A stretch of 61,401 bases of DNA, counting the filler, from Sanchytrium tribonematis (taxonomy: Eukaryota): NCBI GenBank assembly GCA_018985235.1. It is 8 parts of 8 records of this genome, joined end to end, with 100 filler letters (N's around TTAATTAATTAA, not from the genome) between each part and the next. Parts side by side here need not be neighbours in the genome. Positions count along the whole stretch, not along the records: positions 1 to 21,530 come from JADGIG010000092.1; positions 21,631 to 24,587 come from JADGIG010000944.1; 6 more parts are not named here. One strand, 5' to 3'. Below are positions 10,147-21,635 of the stretch, piece by piece. Positions within the stretch are counted from its first letter, which is position 1, and every line of letters starts with the position of its first letter. The notes beneath the pieces are model-generated. The model was not told the origin of the DNA and did no database searches. It saw only the letters and a program-made list of their open reading frames with translations. A program made the translations under genes and the position numbers.

Positions 10147-13100
10147 ATGTATACACTTGAACCTCATTGTAGGTTGCCAACGAAAGCAAAGCCAATCAAA
10201 TTAAGCCTTCCTTCCTTTAAAATTACACAAGATGTAGTAGATCACATACTAAAATACGACTATTCAGAAATTCCTATTCAGAAATTCCAAAATACCCAAT
10301 ACTTTCCCGATACCCCAGAAATCGCAAAAGAATTCAGCCAGACTATTTCCGAGGTATTTCATGAATGTCAATTTGCACAAGATAGCGACGTTCAGTCGTC
10401 ATGTCGAAAAATCAGACTTTCAAATATTTCTGAAACTTTTGAAAACACAATGCTATCACATTCATCAGACAATACAGAACCAGCCAGAAAGAGACAAAAA
10501 CTGATTGCTGTAGATCTATCATCCAAAAAATTGCTAATGGACCTTGAATCTAGGGATTTTGATTGGGATTCTCTGAATATCACTGAAATTAATGTAATAT
10601 GCCAAGAAATGATTCAAACAAACGCAGATGTTAAGGTTTTGTTGAAGGGAATGCTAAGGCTAATTGGAAATGTTAACCTGTCATGGTTTTATAAGTCTAA
10701 GACTAAATTGCCTCTGTATGTGTATGAGCAGCTTTTACCATTGGATGACAAGATATTGAATATTTTATTGGAGCACTATCCCAGAGAAACTGATAGCTGT
10801 ATTTATTATATACTTCAAAATGTTAAAGATCTACACCGCCAGCTCATGCTTCTGATTACATGTGTTAACGCTAACCAAGAAGCTGTTGCAGAAGTTGTGA
10901 AACAATTACTTCAAGATATAATTCTAAACAAAAACTTCATCGCGAATTTGATTTGTGAAGCCTATAAAAATTCTCATATTGTGGAATTGCCAAATTCGAA
11001 TTCCCTACTAAAGCAACTTTTACATGGTCTTTGTCTGTACTCTAAAAATATGAAAGACTTCAAAATTAAAAGCGCATGGACAGACATAGTGTTTAATGCT
11101 TTGTCTCCGATAACTCCTCAATATGGGCCAACTGAATTGAATATCGATGTGTTTCCAAAAAACACTCTTTCACTATGGGAATCAATTTTAGGCCCCGATT
11201 TTAAGTTTTCCGAGGCAGAAATGTCTTCCCAAAATCTCCCAGACTGTATTTTCCAAATTGTATTGCTGCCGTGTATTAAATTGTTGCTGAAACCGATTTT
11301 AGATATCAAAAGCTCAAACCAGATACAGTTGAGAACTAAAGCTACCAAATTGCTCAAATTGTGTTGCAAATTGCTTAAAGGCGATTTAAAAGACAAATTA
11401 ATCATGGTGTTAGTGAATATGACCAAAGACGCCAGCCCTTTAGTTCGTGATGTAGCATTAGAAGCCTGTTTGCACTACAGCCTCAATGAAAATATGACTA
11501 GACTTTGTTTAGAGAGACTGAATGACACAAGCCTGAAGGTTAGAAAAACAGCTATTAAATTTGCAAATGAACTGTATAACCAGAATGGAAACCCATTAGC
11601 TTGTGCTTTGATACTCAAGGCGGTATTAGATGATGATATTCAGCCGTTAATATTGAAAACAGTGAAAAATATGTTACTATTGCAAATACCTATTACCAAG
11701 TCCTACTTACAATTAAACGAGAAAGAAAAATCTCAAGTTATCAAAAAATCCTCACTTATAAGTGAGTGCCTAGTTTATTTGTATAAAAATAAGAATTCAG
11801 ATCCAACCATTTATCTTAAAACCTTTTATGAAAATGTTAAAGGAAATCAGGTAGATCTTTTTTTCCAACTAACTGTTGATTGTATGATGGATAAGGGAAT
11901 CGACTTAGTCTACTGCAATGTTTTAAGTAATATCAATCCCAAATGGTGTCTCGTATATAAAAATGAGCTTTTAAAGAGGCTTTTTGCCGATAATGATGAC
12001 CAAGGCGTAGTAATTTCGCTTCTTCAAATTCTTAGCAACCTTTTTGAATTTGATAGCAGCCTTGACAAAGAGTTTGAAAATCAAATGGTAACCGCTTTGC
12101 TGGATTTTATACAATATGGAAGCGCTCCTGTCATCGAACATGGATTAAAAATTACAAGTTGTATAATCTCCATTGTTGGAGAGCTTGAAGTTTCAAGAAT
12201 TCAAGGATTGTTGGAAATGTTTCTGACTAATGCACAGCATTCTTTTCAGATGAGAGATGCACTTGTGTCTGGACTAACAATGAGATATTCACAACTTGCT
12301 GAAATGCTTCCAATGAAGGAATCAGAAATGGCAAGTTTATTTGAGTCATGGATTCCAATAAACGAGCATATCGCAAGAAGAGCTCTTTGTGACCTTTGCC
12401 TTGGATTTCCAAAATATATGCTAGTTTTGGAATTGAATTGCGATACTGCCGTCAACTCAGAAATGTGCTTAAAATGCATATTAAATTTCTTTCAAAATGA
12501 AAAATCTAATGCGCTGCAAATCTTAACAGTCGATGAAATTGATAATGATGTGGTTATAATGCTAAATAAGTACTTCCCATTATTGAATCAAATAAGTCAA
12601 AATTTTATTTCTGAACTTCGGATTTTCGAATTGTTATCGCAAATATTGTTCATATGTATAAATCAAAGTATGATTCACCCCAAGCAGGTAATTTCTTTTC
12701 ACTCAGGCTTGTAATTTATTCTTTCAGATGCTGATCAACCATCCCATAAAATTTGCTCGTCACGATGCATTTAAAATAATGACTCAAAAATATCCTCAAA
12801 TGCTAGTTGTTGAGGTAAAACATACTAAATTAAAATTCGGATCTATAGCAATTAATGATGGTTTCAGTAGTGTTTTTCAACCATTTTACAATCAATTGAG
12901 CAAAAAACTTCAAAAAGTTTTCATGAAAACAATTATACAAATGCTCGAAAAAGTGGATGAATTAGTTTGGATTGAATCTTTAATTACGCTGGACATGGAC
13001 ACCGAGTTTGCTCTCTCTAATCTGGTAAAACAATCAAAACACATGCTGATTGAAAATCAACATTTTCATGACTGTATTCAATTTGTAATTGGAGCCATTA

Positions 13101-13219
13101 AAAAGAAAGGCTCTAACTCCAAATATATTGAAATGATTAGGAAATGGAAGAAAGAAAATACCTTTGAGGAAAAAATTAAAAATTACATTGTTGATTCCTC
13201 TCCAATAAAACAAAAATGA
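10147..13219 (+). CDS. SCC2: Cohesin loader Scc2/Nipped-B-like HEAT protein (exons 10147-12687, 12707-13219)
   Basis: LRTKATKLL..DASPLVRDVALE..RLNDTSLKVRKTAIK; MIHPKQ-ACNLF join after a 19-nt intron; strongly reduced. Confidence 0.7.
12688..12706 (+). other. 19-nt spliceosomal intron
   Basis: gtaatttcttttcactcag; phase 0, links the 855-aa and 163-aa ORFs. Confidence 0.85.
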
Positions 13220-13221
13220 AT

Positions 13222-13836
13222 TTATTGAAATAAATCGTGTATTATATGTAGAGATTCTGATAAATCTTGATGATGCTTGCCGTGTATATATAATTTGACT
13301 TGCTCTACTGCTTCTCTAATAATTTTTTTTTCTTTTTCATTTAAGTTTTGATTCAAGCCTTGTTGAATGCCAACTAATAATAAAGTCACTCCACGAATAA
13401 TTTTGGACTCATTTTCGTCCAAAATTAGAAATAAGCCTAATAAAATTCTTGCTTTTATACTTGTGTGTATCATTTTCATGAGTCTTGCATGTCCCATTAC
13501 AAATCTGCCTGATTCGATTTCAACTTTTGCTTTTGCAATTTCCAGTTCTACACCATCAGTTAATGCTTCTTCACTAGCATCAAGATAGAGAGACTCGCCA
13601 CTGCTGTAGTCCGGTAAATCTACTGCATGCATCTTCTCCCACTCGTCCTGCAAGGCTTGTACTAAATTTTCGTAGTCAGGAACACATAATTTACTCAATT
13701 TGACAAGCCACTGTTTTGCAGCTGTTTTTAGTTCACTTGAGTTTTCACAATCAGATAATTTGACAATCCAGGGTTGCTGTTTTTGCTGTAAAGATGATTT
13801 TATTTTAGAAAGTGATTTTGTGGAAGATTTTTTCAT
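13222..13836 (-). CDS. Hypothetical helical protein
   Basis: 204-aa ORF filling the gap; no recognised motif. Confidence 0.5.
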   Translation of the reverse strand: MKKSSTKSLSKIKSSLQQKQQPWIVKLSDCENSSELKTAAKQWLVKLSKLCVPDYENLVQALQDEWEKMHAVDLPDYSSGESLYLDASEEALTDGVELEIAKAKVEIESGRFVMGHARLMKMIHTSIKARILLGLFLILDENESKIIRGVTLLLVGIQQGLNQNLNEKEKKIIREAVEQVKLYIHGKHHQDLSESLHIIHDLFQ

Positions 13837-13854
13837 TTAGTTTCACAAAGAGAA

Positions 13855-15088
13855 TCACAACTTGGCTTTTTTTATTGCCTCTAACTTGTACTGCAGATCC
13901 TTTCTCAATTTCTCTTTTGGCTTCCATTCATTAAATGTTGTAATGAGATCAGACACCTCTTTTGCTAATTCAGCGTCTCGCTGTATTCGAGGATCAAAAA
14001 ATATTTCATGAAGTACTAAATAAGTTATAAATACTCCAGGGTAAGTGGTACATATTTAACTTTGTAGGTGCCTCGAAGGCATCAATTTTTAGATCCCTGG
14101 AGCCCAAAATTTCAGGACTATGTAAAAAGTCTATGGCCAATCTAAATACCGAGGATTCTTCGTATAAAGTGGAATGTCCTGTCCCCAAGAGTGCCCCTGC
14201 TATCAGATCACTAAGGTATACAAATAGATCTTTGTCGTTAATTTGCTTATTTCTCAATTTCACAGCAAAAAGGACTAATTTTAATAGAAAATCTTGATCA
14301 TCGTAGCCTTCATGATCGACATATAATGCTCTTAGAACATTTTTGTGATGCAAGCCACTAGCAAGAGACGAGTAAAGCGGCACAACCTGATCGAACCAAC
14401 TAGATACAAAAACGATTTTCACATTGGCATTCAAAACATCCTCAATGGCCTCGTAATATCTTTTTGATACAGGAGAATTTGGATTGTTAAAGTCAAACAA
14501 TTCTCTAGCGTTATCCTCCATTATTTTGGTATATGATTGTAAATATGGAAAAGGGCCATGACTTATTCCAGCCATAGCTAAGATACAGCATTTTTGATGA
14601 CTTATTATCCCAAGATGTATCAACTTGGCAATCAGCATCATTGATACTGGTGTTCCCTGAGAATGTGTAGCAATAAATATTTCGTCGGATTGCATAATGG
14701 TTTTTGCATGTAAGATAAGCTCATCAAAATGGCTTTCTACTCGAAATTCAATTTGACCTTGACACTCTAAAGTAATAGAAGTAATCTCAATTTCTTGTTT
14801 TTCATCTTTGCTCCATTCATTTAAAGATGAAGTCATCATCTCTGCGAATTTACTAGAAGTACCTGTTGGTTCTCCAAGAACTCTTTGCATGATAGAATTA
14901 GGAAACCATCCATGTATTCCAATAACAGTAATTTTTTTTAAAGTATTTGTTGAGGTTTCCTTCTTCTCATATGGTAGAAATAATTGAGTCCACTTGTGCA
15001 GATTAAAGTAATCAACGAGAGTTTGACGTCTTTGCTTGGGTATTTGTTTGACTCTTTTATAAATTGGCAAAACAAGATTTTTTGACAT
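13855..15088 (-). CDS. YML020W-like alpha/beta-hydrolase ending in PTS1-like AKL (exons 15088-14035, 14015-13855)
   Basis: IGIHGWFP, GEPTGTS, HSQGTPV, DQVVPLYS and GHSTLY motifs; spliced end reads PWILHEIFFDPRI..WKP..LQYKLEAIKKAKL. Confidence 0.75.
14016..14034 (-). other. 19-nt spliceosomal intron
   Basis: gtatttataacttatttag; restores a 53-codon terminal exon. Confidence 0.88.
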
Positions 15089-15243
15089 TTCAAATTTCTC
15101 CGTGTAAACTTGTTTACTTTTAAAGAAAATTTACATGTTTAGATAGGTCACATATTTTAAGATGCTAGATGCAATAGAATACAGCTTAATAGATTTGTTG
15201 GTTGACTTATCTACAATTCTCCTTGACACAAAGTTAGCAGAAA

Positions 15244-17236
15244 ATGACATTTTCCAAGCTTTATCAATTTGGAATAGTTTATGAACCAAATTTTTTGGAA
15301 CGGACCGAAAATTACAATTTACAAGAATTTAGAAGTATAAAACAGGAATACACAGATCGAATGAACGGTTACAAATTAGTTGTAAATGGGACGGCGAAGG
15401 AAAATATTGAATCTGATGTTGCTGATAAATCTTTTGTTTCTTTAAACAACGACACTCTGGACTTGCCTGATGTCAAGAGTAGTCCAACTCATCATCAATT
15501 TCAAAGCATTCAAGTTCAAACCTCGTTCATAAATGCAATGGAACCAAAATCTCCTATGCAATTTTTTAATCAATCTGATATATACCTAGAAGCCGAAGTC
15601 AGTGTATTGTTAGAAAAAGAAAAACAAGCTACCGATCTAGGACCAGGTATGGAAGACAATATTTTATCAGAGGGTGAAGATTTAATTACCGAATTGGAAA
15701 AAAGATCTGAAAGTTCATTTTCGCCTGCAAAAATAGAGCCAGATCTTGTCAGTGAACCAAAACAAACTGAAATTCAAAAGGAATCCAGATTTGGTGAGGT
15801 TCTTAATATCGAAAAAACACCCATTTCAGATAGAAAAGATAGCGCTTCTTCTATAGGTCCATTTAAGTCAGAAATTTTAAACAAAATCGCAATTAAATTA
15901 GATGCTGCGACTATAAAAAGTGGAATGACTTCTTCTCCTCCTAAATCTGAAGAAGCAAGTTTCGCAGATTCAATGAAAGACTATTTGTTCGAGCTTAAGA
16001 GGCTAGTAGAATTTAATCAAGATTTGATGAACAAGCCATATTCAAATATACATCCAGTCTCAACCCCTAAGATAGTGGAATATTCAACTAGCGATATTGA
16101 TGACATTGAGTCGCCCATTCCAAAGCGAAGACAGAAAAAGGTCACCCCGAAACAAAAGAAAAGAGTTGCACTTTCTCCTAAATCATCTACCAAAAAGCAA
16201 AAAGTAATACACCTGGAAGAAAATATAGCCCACAATACCCCACTACCAGATCCAGCTTTGGAGTTTTCAGACAGAAACAGTTTAGATGAGGAAATAGCGC
16301 AACTTTTAGAGGAACCCGACCAGATAAGTAATGTTGTTGCAAAAAGTTCAGCAAATGTTCCTGAAAAATCGGTCACTTTTCCCAATGAGGAGATAATACC
16401 CACACGCGAGTTTTCAGAAAACAAAATTTTGGTCAACCCGCAACTGGAATCTTTCCAAGCTGTTGATCCTATTGATGATTTTTTAGACAACCCACTAGCG
16501 GAATCATATCAAGATGCTAAGCCTATAGACGATTTTGATGAGTATCCAGAAAATGCTCAAATGAAAACTCCTCAATCGAAACGTGGAAAAAGCTTAACTA
16601 CGAAAAGGAGAAAAATTGCTAACAGGGAGCCTAATGAACCCTCCAAACATGGAACGAGGAATAGAAAGAAAAAACTTAGAAAATCATTTATAGATAACGA
16701 ATGGGTCGATGCAGACAATGTGACTCCTAAACAGATGAACGTGGTTCAAAATATGGGTGATGGTGAATATGTAGTGGTAGAAGAAATCGAGAAAACAATC
16801 AATGGGGTGTATAGGAATCAGCATTCTGCTCCTAAAAAACCAAGAAAATCATCTTTGCAAAAGAAAACCGCTGAAATAATACCATTTAAAGTAGCACCAG
16901 CAATTTGTAAAAAGCCCACGGCTTCTCAAGTAAAAGAGGCTGTCAAAAATTCCGAGATCCAAGTATTCATTGACTTAAAGGAGCAGGACAACTTTCATAT
17001 TGGGTACATCGGCTTAACCAAAGGCACGGAGTTCGAGGGTAAAGAGATCGGAAACGCTGCCTATATAGTGGCCAGTGGAAAAGTACATTTTAAAAGTGAA
17101 GAAACAGATATTCTTGCAAAACAAAAGGACTCTTTCATGGTACAAAAAGGTAATTTTGATTCATAAAGGAAAAGAGTTTTCAATGGTTTGTCATAGTCCA
17201 GTCTGCATTTTGCAGGTTCGGATAATTTATGATTAG
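15244..17236 (+). CDS. CENP-C/Mif2-like protein: long disordered region plus C-terminal cupin (exons 15244-17149, 17169-17236)
   Basis: Low-complexity basic/acidic body; cupin-like AYIVASGKV..SFMVQKG-KEFSMVC completed by splicing. Confidence 0.55.
17150..17168 (+). other. 19-nt spliceosomal intron
   Basis: gtaattttgattcataaag; completes the cupin domain. Confidence 0.8.
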
Positions 17237-17364
17237 TTCTTATGAATAAAAGTATTTGTTATATTTAAGACTAACGCCTAGCAAAAGTAGCCGGAGTGTA
17301 AATTTTTTATTATTATTCTTGCAACATTTTTTAAACGGCAAATATCAAACTCGCCCAATTAGCC

Positions 17365-19371
17365 ATGCTCTTATTTATCCTACTAACATTATGGGGCATT
17401 ATACATCTACTTCAAAGAAGCAAGCTTCATGCGGTTATAGATGTGAATCTATATCTAAAGATAATTTTAAATACAATGATATTTATCATGACAATAATTT
17501 TTACATTTGTTGACAATCAATTCGTGTTTGAGGCTATATTTCATTTATTGTTGTGTTTTATTATATACAAGGATCACCTTTACACAGAATGTAGTTCCTT
17601 TGTACTATTATATTTGCCAGTCAGGTTTTTGCTTATTGATTTTCATAATCTTTTGTTGTCGTTGATACCTTTACCATTTGTGATTTTAATTTGCATATTG
17701 GAGTACAAAAAGCATGTTAACCGAAGCAAGCCAATTATATATCAGAGTTTGATTTTTTTAGACGAAACATTCTCATTTAAATCCAGGTCGTTCAATCAAA
17801 ATTGGATGATAGAGGGAAGAGACCCTAGCCTTTTTTGCGCTCTATATTTTTCAATTGAAGGCACCATTAAGTGGACGCTATTCTCCAAGATCATTGAAAT
17901 TGTGAGTATCTTCACAATGTTAATTTGTTTTAAATATTTTCTGATGTATAGAAACTACTTTTATGTTTATTATAGCTCTATTCTTCTATTTCTTTTTACG
18001 TTTTCTTCAAAATGGGCTCGATCTTTCGAAGACAAATGTAATTTAGATATCTGGGGCTACGTTAGTCAAGCAATTTTACAAAAGTCTCTTGTTGTTAATC
18101 AAAAGTATTTTTACACCAAAGTTCATGTTCCTTGGTCTCAGCTAATTAGTCTTCTTAGCACCATTATGGCCACGATCATGTTAATACAGTTAGATCAATT
18201 GCATTTTTTTATTCTCCCGATCTTACTCTTATGTCTTATATATCCAGCATTTAAATTTATCACAGTATTTCAAAGTTTGCTTATAGCGCCATGGTGCCTT
18301 TATGTTGATAATCATATGTATATATCGATTCTTGTATTATTTGTTGCAATAATTGAATTAAACAGATTTCTCGAATTTGTTGCCTCGCTATCAGAATTTT
18401 ATAAATCGTGCAGAGATCTGAAGAATTTTCTAATGCTGCCTCCCGTTGCTCTCTCGATTGAATACACTACTCCAGTCAACCAAGATGAAATTGGTAGCGT
18501 TAGTTTGAATAATATTGTTATTCATAGAGGAACTGAAGTAAGTCTTATCAAAAAGAACTTGTCGAGCATCAAGGTAGGTGGCAAAATTGCTTTTCTCTCG
18601 AAAAAACCATTCATTGTAAACGCATCCGTCCGGAAAAACATCTTGTTTTTTCAATCTTTTGACAAGAGAAAATATTTTGAGGTCCTTTATTTTACTGGAC
18701 TTTATGAAGCACTAAAAGAAACCCGATATAAAGACCTGACTCTTGTCAATCCTTTAACAAATCTGAGCTTGCTGAAGAAAATACAGTTCGCGCGATTCTT
18801 TTACAGTCAACCCGATATTCAAGTGTTTGAGTCGTCTGAAGATTTTTTCAAGATCAAATTATTAAGCAGCCATTTCAACTGTTCTGGCGTAACAAGAATA
18901 GTGGTCCCTGATTGCAATAATTCCACGCCAATTTTCAGGAAAACCTCTGTTCAGCAGAATCAAACCATAGGAATCTCGATAGTATTTCAGTACATATTTA
19001 TCCTTTCTGGCTTATGTAACATTTTAAATCCTTTGTTATTTCTTATATATATACCAGTTGTTGCATTTGTCTGTAGCATATATTCAGCGATTAACTTTAC
19101 CCAAGTTGAAACCAACGAAGACCTTGATTCCTATTACAACCATGTAATCGATGGATTTTGGACAGTTAAGGCTTACTCCAAAGAAAACCACTTCATAGCA
19201 GAATTTGAAAAGCGTATTAATGACCATTTTAAGTCTTTCTTTAAACAATTAATGCACAAACAGAGACTTGAAACTGCACTGGAAGTGGCTGTGTCGATTT
19301 GTTTAGTATTGACCATAACTTGCTCTCCAGTTATTGCATGTGCCATAATTGTATTCAGTATCATTAAATAA
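17365..19371 (+). CDS. Highly degenerate ABCC/MRP-derived membrane protein
   Basis: Many TM segments; PFIVNASVRKNILF..FDKRKY..DLT and IDGFWTVKAY are ABCC hallmarks; Walker A/B and signature are lost. Confidence 0.6.
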   Translation: MLLFILLTLWGIIHLLQRSKLHAVIDVNLYLKIILNTMIFIMTIIFTFVDNQFVFEAIFHLLLCFIIYKDHLYTECSSFVLLYLPVRFLLIDFHNLLLSLIPLPFVILICILEYKKHVNRSKPIIYQSLIFLDETFSFKSRSFNQNWMIEGRDPSLFCALYFSIEGTIKWTLFSKIIEIVSIFTMLICFKYFLMYRNYFYVYYSSILLFLFTFSSKWARSFEDKCNLDIWGYVSQAILQKSLVVNQKYFYTKVHVPWSQLISLLSTIMATIMLIQLDQLHFFILPILLLCLIYPAFKFITVFQSLLIAPWCLYVDNHMYISILVLFVAIIELNRFLEFVASLSEFYKSCRDLKNFLMLPPVALSIEYTTPVNQDEIGSVSLNNIVIHRGTEVSLIKKNLSSIKVGGKIAFLSKKPFIVNASVRKNILFFQSFDKRKYFEVLYFTGLYEALKETRYKDLTLVNPLTNLSLLKKIQFARFFYSQPDIQVFESSEDFFKIKLLSSHFNCSGVTRIVVPDCNNSTPIFRKTSVQQNQTIGISIVFQYIFILSGLCNILNPLLFLIYIPVVAFVCSIYSAINFTQVETNEDLDSYYNHVIDGFWTVKAYSKENHFIAEFEKRINDHFKSFFKQLMHKQRLETALEVAVSICLVLTITCSPVIACAIIVFSIIK

Positions 19372-19398
19372 ATTGTTTTTTGAAACTTTTGCAACAAA

Positions 19399-21318
19399 AT
19401 GCGTCGTTTACAGAAAATTCTTATCGCAAATCGTGGTGAAATAGCGTGCCGTATTTCCAGAACCGCGAAACTTATGGGAATTGACACTTATTCCGTTTAT
19501 ACAGATCCTGATAAAAACTCACAGCATGTTATTAATAGTGACTTTGCAATCCCTTTGGCTAATACCACTGATTATTTGAATCAATCCCTAATAGTCGATA
19601 TTTGCAAGAAGTATAACATAGATGGAGTGCACCCAGGCTATGGTTTTTTAAGTGAAAATGCGAATTTCGCTAAAATGTTGACCGAAAACAAAATCAATTG
19701 GATAGGACCTCCATCGACTGCTATCGCTAAGATGGGCAATAAAGCAGTAGCAAAAGACATTATGCTGAAAGCTGGAGTACGATGCACGCCAGGTTATTTT
19801 GGGGATAATCAAGATAGTGAGTTTCTTTTGAAAGAAGCAAAAAAAATTAAATTTCCTGTTCTCATAAAACCTGTCAACGGTGGAGGTGGAAAAGGCATGA
19901 GAATAGTTGAAAAAGAAGGAGAATTTTTAGAATTACTTTCCAGTTGTCAAAGAGAAGCTAAGGCAAGTTTTGGAAATGATCAGGTTCTTCTCGAAAAATA
20001 CATCACCCAGCCAAGACATATAGAAGTTCAAGTCTTTGCCGATAAGCATGGCAATTGTGTACATTTATTCGAAAGAGATTGCAGTGTACAACGGAGACAC
20101 CAAAAAATTATTGAAGAAGCCCCTGCACCGCATTTGACTTGGAAAATTCGTGAAGAACTTGGTCAAACAGCGATTCGCGCAGCAAAAGCTGTCAACTATG
20201 TCGGAGCTGGAACGGTAGAATTTATTTTCGATACGGAGACAAATGAGTATTACTTTATGGAGATGAATTGCAGGTTGCAAGTTGAGCATTGTGTCACTGA
20301 AATGATTACTAAGCAAGATCTTGTGGAATGGCAATTTAGAATCGCAAATGGCGAAAAACTTCCATTGACACAAGATCAAATTAAAATACATGGACATGCA
20401 ATGGAATCTAGAATTTACGCTGAAAATACTTTTCAGAATTTCATGCCTGATTCCGGCAAAATAACTTATTTGCGACATCCAGAAAATGCCAGGGTTGAAT
20501 CACACGTAAAGCAGGGGGATGAAATCTCAATATTTTACGATCCAATGATTAGTAAGTTGATCGTGGAGGGCAAGAATAGAATGGAATGTATGCAAAATAT
20601 GAGCAATGCTTTGAAAAATTACCATATTGTTGGTGTCCACACAAATATAGAATTATTGAAGCAGCTTTGCAAATCTCCTGCATTTCAATCAGCTAAAGAA
20701 ATGGACACCAACTTTTTAGCCAAAAATCCAACAGTTCTCGAACCACCTTATACCAAAAGATCGGCTGAAGTCGCTGCTTTATCGCTCATTCTTAAGCAGC
20801 TTGACAAAAATGCTTATTATATAAGCAGAAATATTGACGTCAAACTACATTCCAAAACTCTCGACAAGACTCCAGAATTTAAATTATCTATTAAAATAGA
20901 GAACGGCCACAGTCGAGTCTCAGTTAATGGTCATGATTACGGACTTTGCGAAATTAAATCGATCCGAAATGATTTATTTGCTGTGAGTCACTCCACTGGT
21001 CTCGAAACTATTGAAATAGTTGGCAATAATGTTATCTTTAAGAACGGTGAGATTTATCAATTTGAATATCAGACAAATTATGAATCCGAAGATAATCAGG
21101 TCAAAGTCAATCTTGTCAAGGCCCCCATGCCAAGCAAGATTATCAAATTACTAGTTAAATCTGGGGATGAGGTAGATGTAGGACAATCACTGATCGTAAT
21201 TGAAGCTATGAAAATGGAGCATGTTATTAAAAGTACTTTGAAAGGCAGCATAAAGAAAGTGAATTGCGAGGTTGCTGAAATGGTGACTGACAAAAAGGTC
21301 TTGATCGAATTAGAATAA
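19399..21318 (+). CDS. MCCC1: 3-methylcrotonyl-CoA carboxylase alpha (biotin) subunit
   Basis: ILIANRGEIACR, HPGYGFLSEN, RDCSVQRRHQK and biotinyl EAMKM motifs. Confidence 0.88.
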   Translation: MRRLQKILIANRGEIACRISRTAKLMGIDTYSVYTDPDKNSQHVINSDFAIPLANTTDYLNQSLIVDICKKYNIDGVHPGYGFLSENANFAKMLTENKINWIGPPSTAIAKMGNKAVAKDIMLKAGVRCTPGYFGDNQDSEFLLKEAKKIKFPVLIKPVNGGGGKGMRIVEKEGEFLELLSSCQREAKASFGNDQVLLEKYITQPRHIEVQVFADKHGNCVHLFERDCSVQRRHQKIIEEAPAPHLTWKIREELGQTAIRAAKAVNYVGAGTVEFIFDTETNEYYFMEMNCRLQVEHCVTEMITKQDLVEWQFRIANGEKLPLTQDQIKIHGHAMESRIYAENTFQNFMPDSGKITYLRHPENARVESHVKQGDEISIFYDPMISKLIVEGKNRMECMQNMSNALKNYHIVGVHTNIELLKQLCKSPAFQSAKEMDTNFLAKNPTVLEPPYTKRSAEVAALSLILKQLDKNAYYISRNIDVKLHSKTLDKTPEFKLSIKIENGHSRVSVNGHDYGLCEIKSIRNDLFAVSHSTGLETIEIVGNNVIFKNGEIYQFEYQTNYESEDNQVKVNLVKAPMPSKIIKLLVKSGDEVDVGQSLIVIEAMKMEHVIKSTLKGSIKKVNCEVAEMVTDKKVLIELE

Positions 21319-21376
21319 ATTTTTACGCATCGAGAGTATTTTATGAAGTTTTACAATCTGAAACAAGCTTTCAAAA

Positions 21377-21530
21377 ATGCTAAGTCGACTTTTGAAAATT
21401 TCTCACAACACGATTCATCAATTACTATACAATATAGGGAGTAAGAATGAAGCTGAATGGTATTTAAATCACTTTAGTAGTGCGGATCAATTTGCGGTCA
21501 TTAAAGTTGGAGGAGGTGTTCTTGAGCAAA
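21377..21530 (+). CDS. ARG5,6: Acetylglutamate kinase Arg5,6, 5' part (cut by contig end)
   Basis: TIHQLLYNIGSKNEAEWYLNHFSS..QFAVIKVGG. Confidence 0.8.
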
Positions 21531-21630
21531 NNNNNNNNNNNNNNNNNNNNNNNNNNNNNNNNNNNNNNNNNNNNTTAATTAATTAANNNNNNNNNNNNNN
21601 NNNNNNNNNNNNNNNNNNNNNNNNNNNNNN
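21531..21630. other. Artificial contig linker
   Basis: N44-TTAATTAATTAA-N44, stops in all six frames. Confidence 0.98.
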
Positions 21631-21635
21631 AGATT

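Noticed and set aside
12711..12727. 17-nt GT..AG segment just after the SCC2 intron
   Set aside because: The 19-nt intron alone restores the frame; removing this segment as well would frameshift.
16017..16490. Antisense or nested ORFs (e.g. 16017-16490, 20065-20478, 30145-30507, 49023-49445)
   Set aside because: Shadows of well-supported genes on the other strand, with no recognisable motifs.
21531..21630. Recurring TTAATTAATTAA palindrome within N runs (7 copies)
   Set aside because: Identical 100-nt artificial joiner. It is not a biological repeat, and gene adjacency across it is meaningless.
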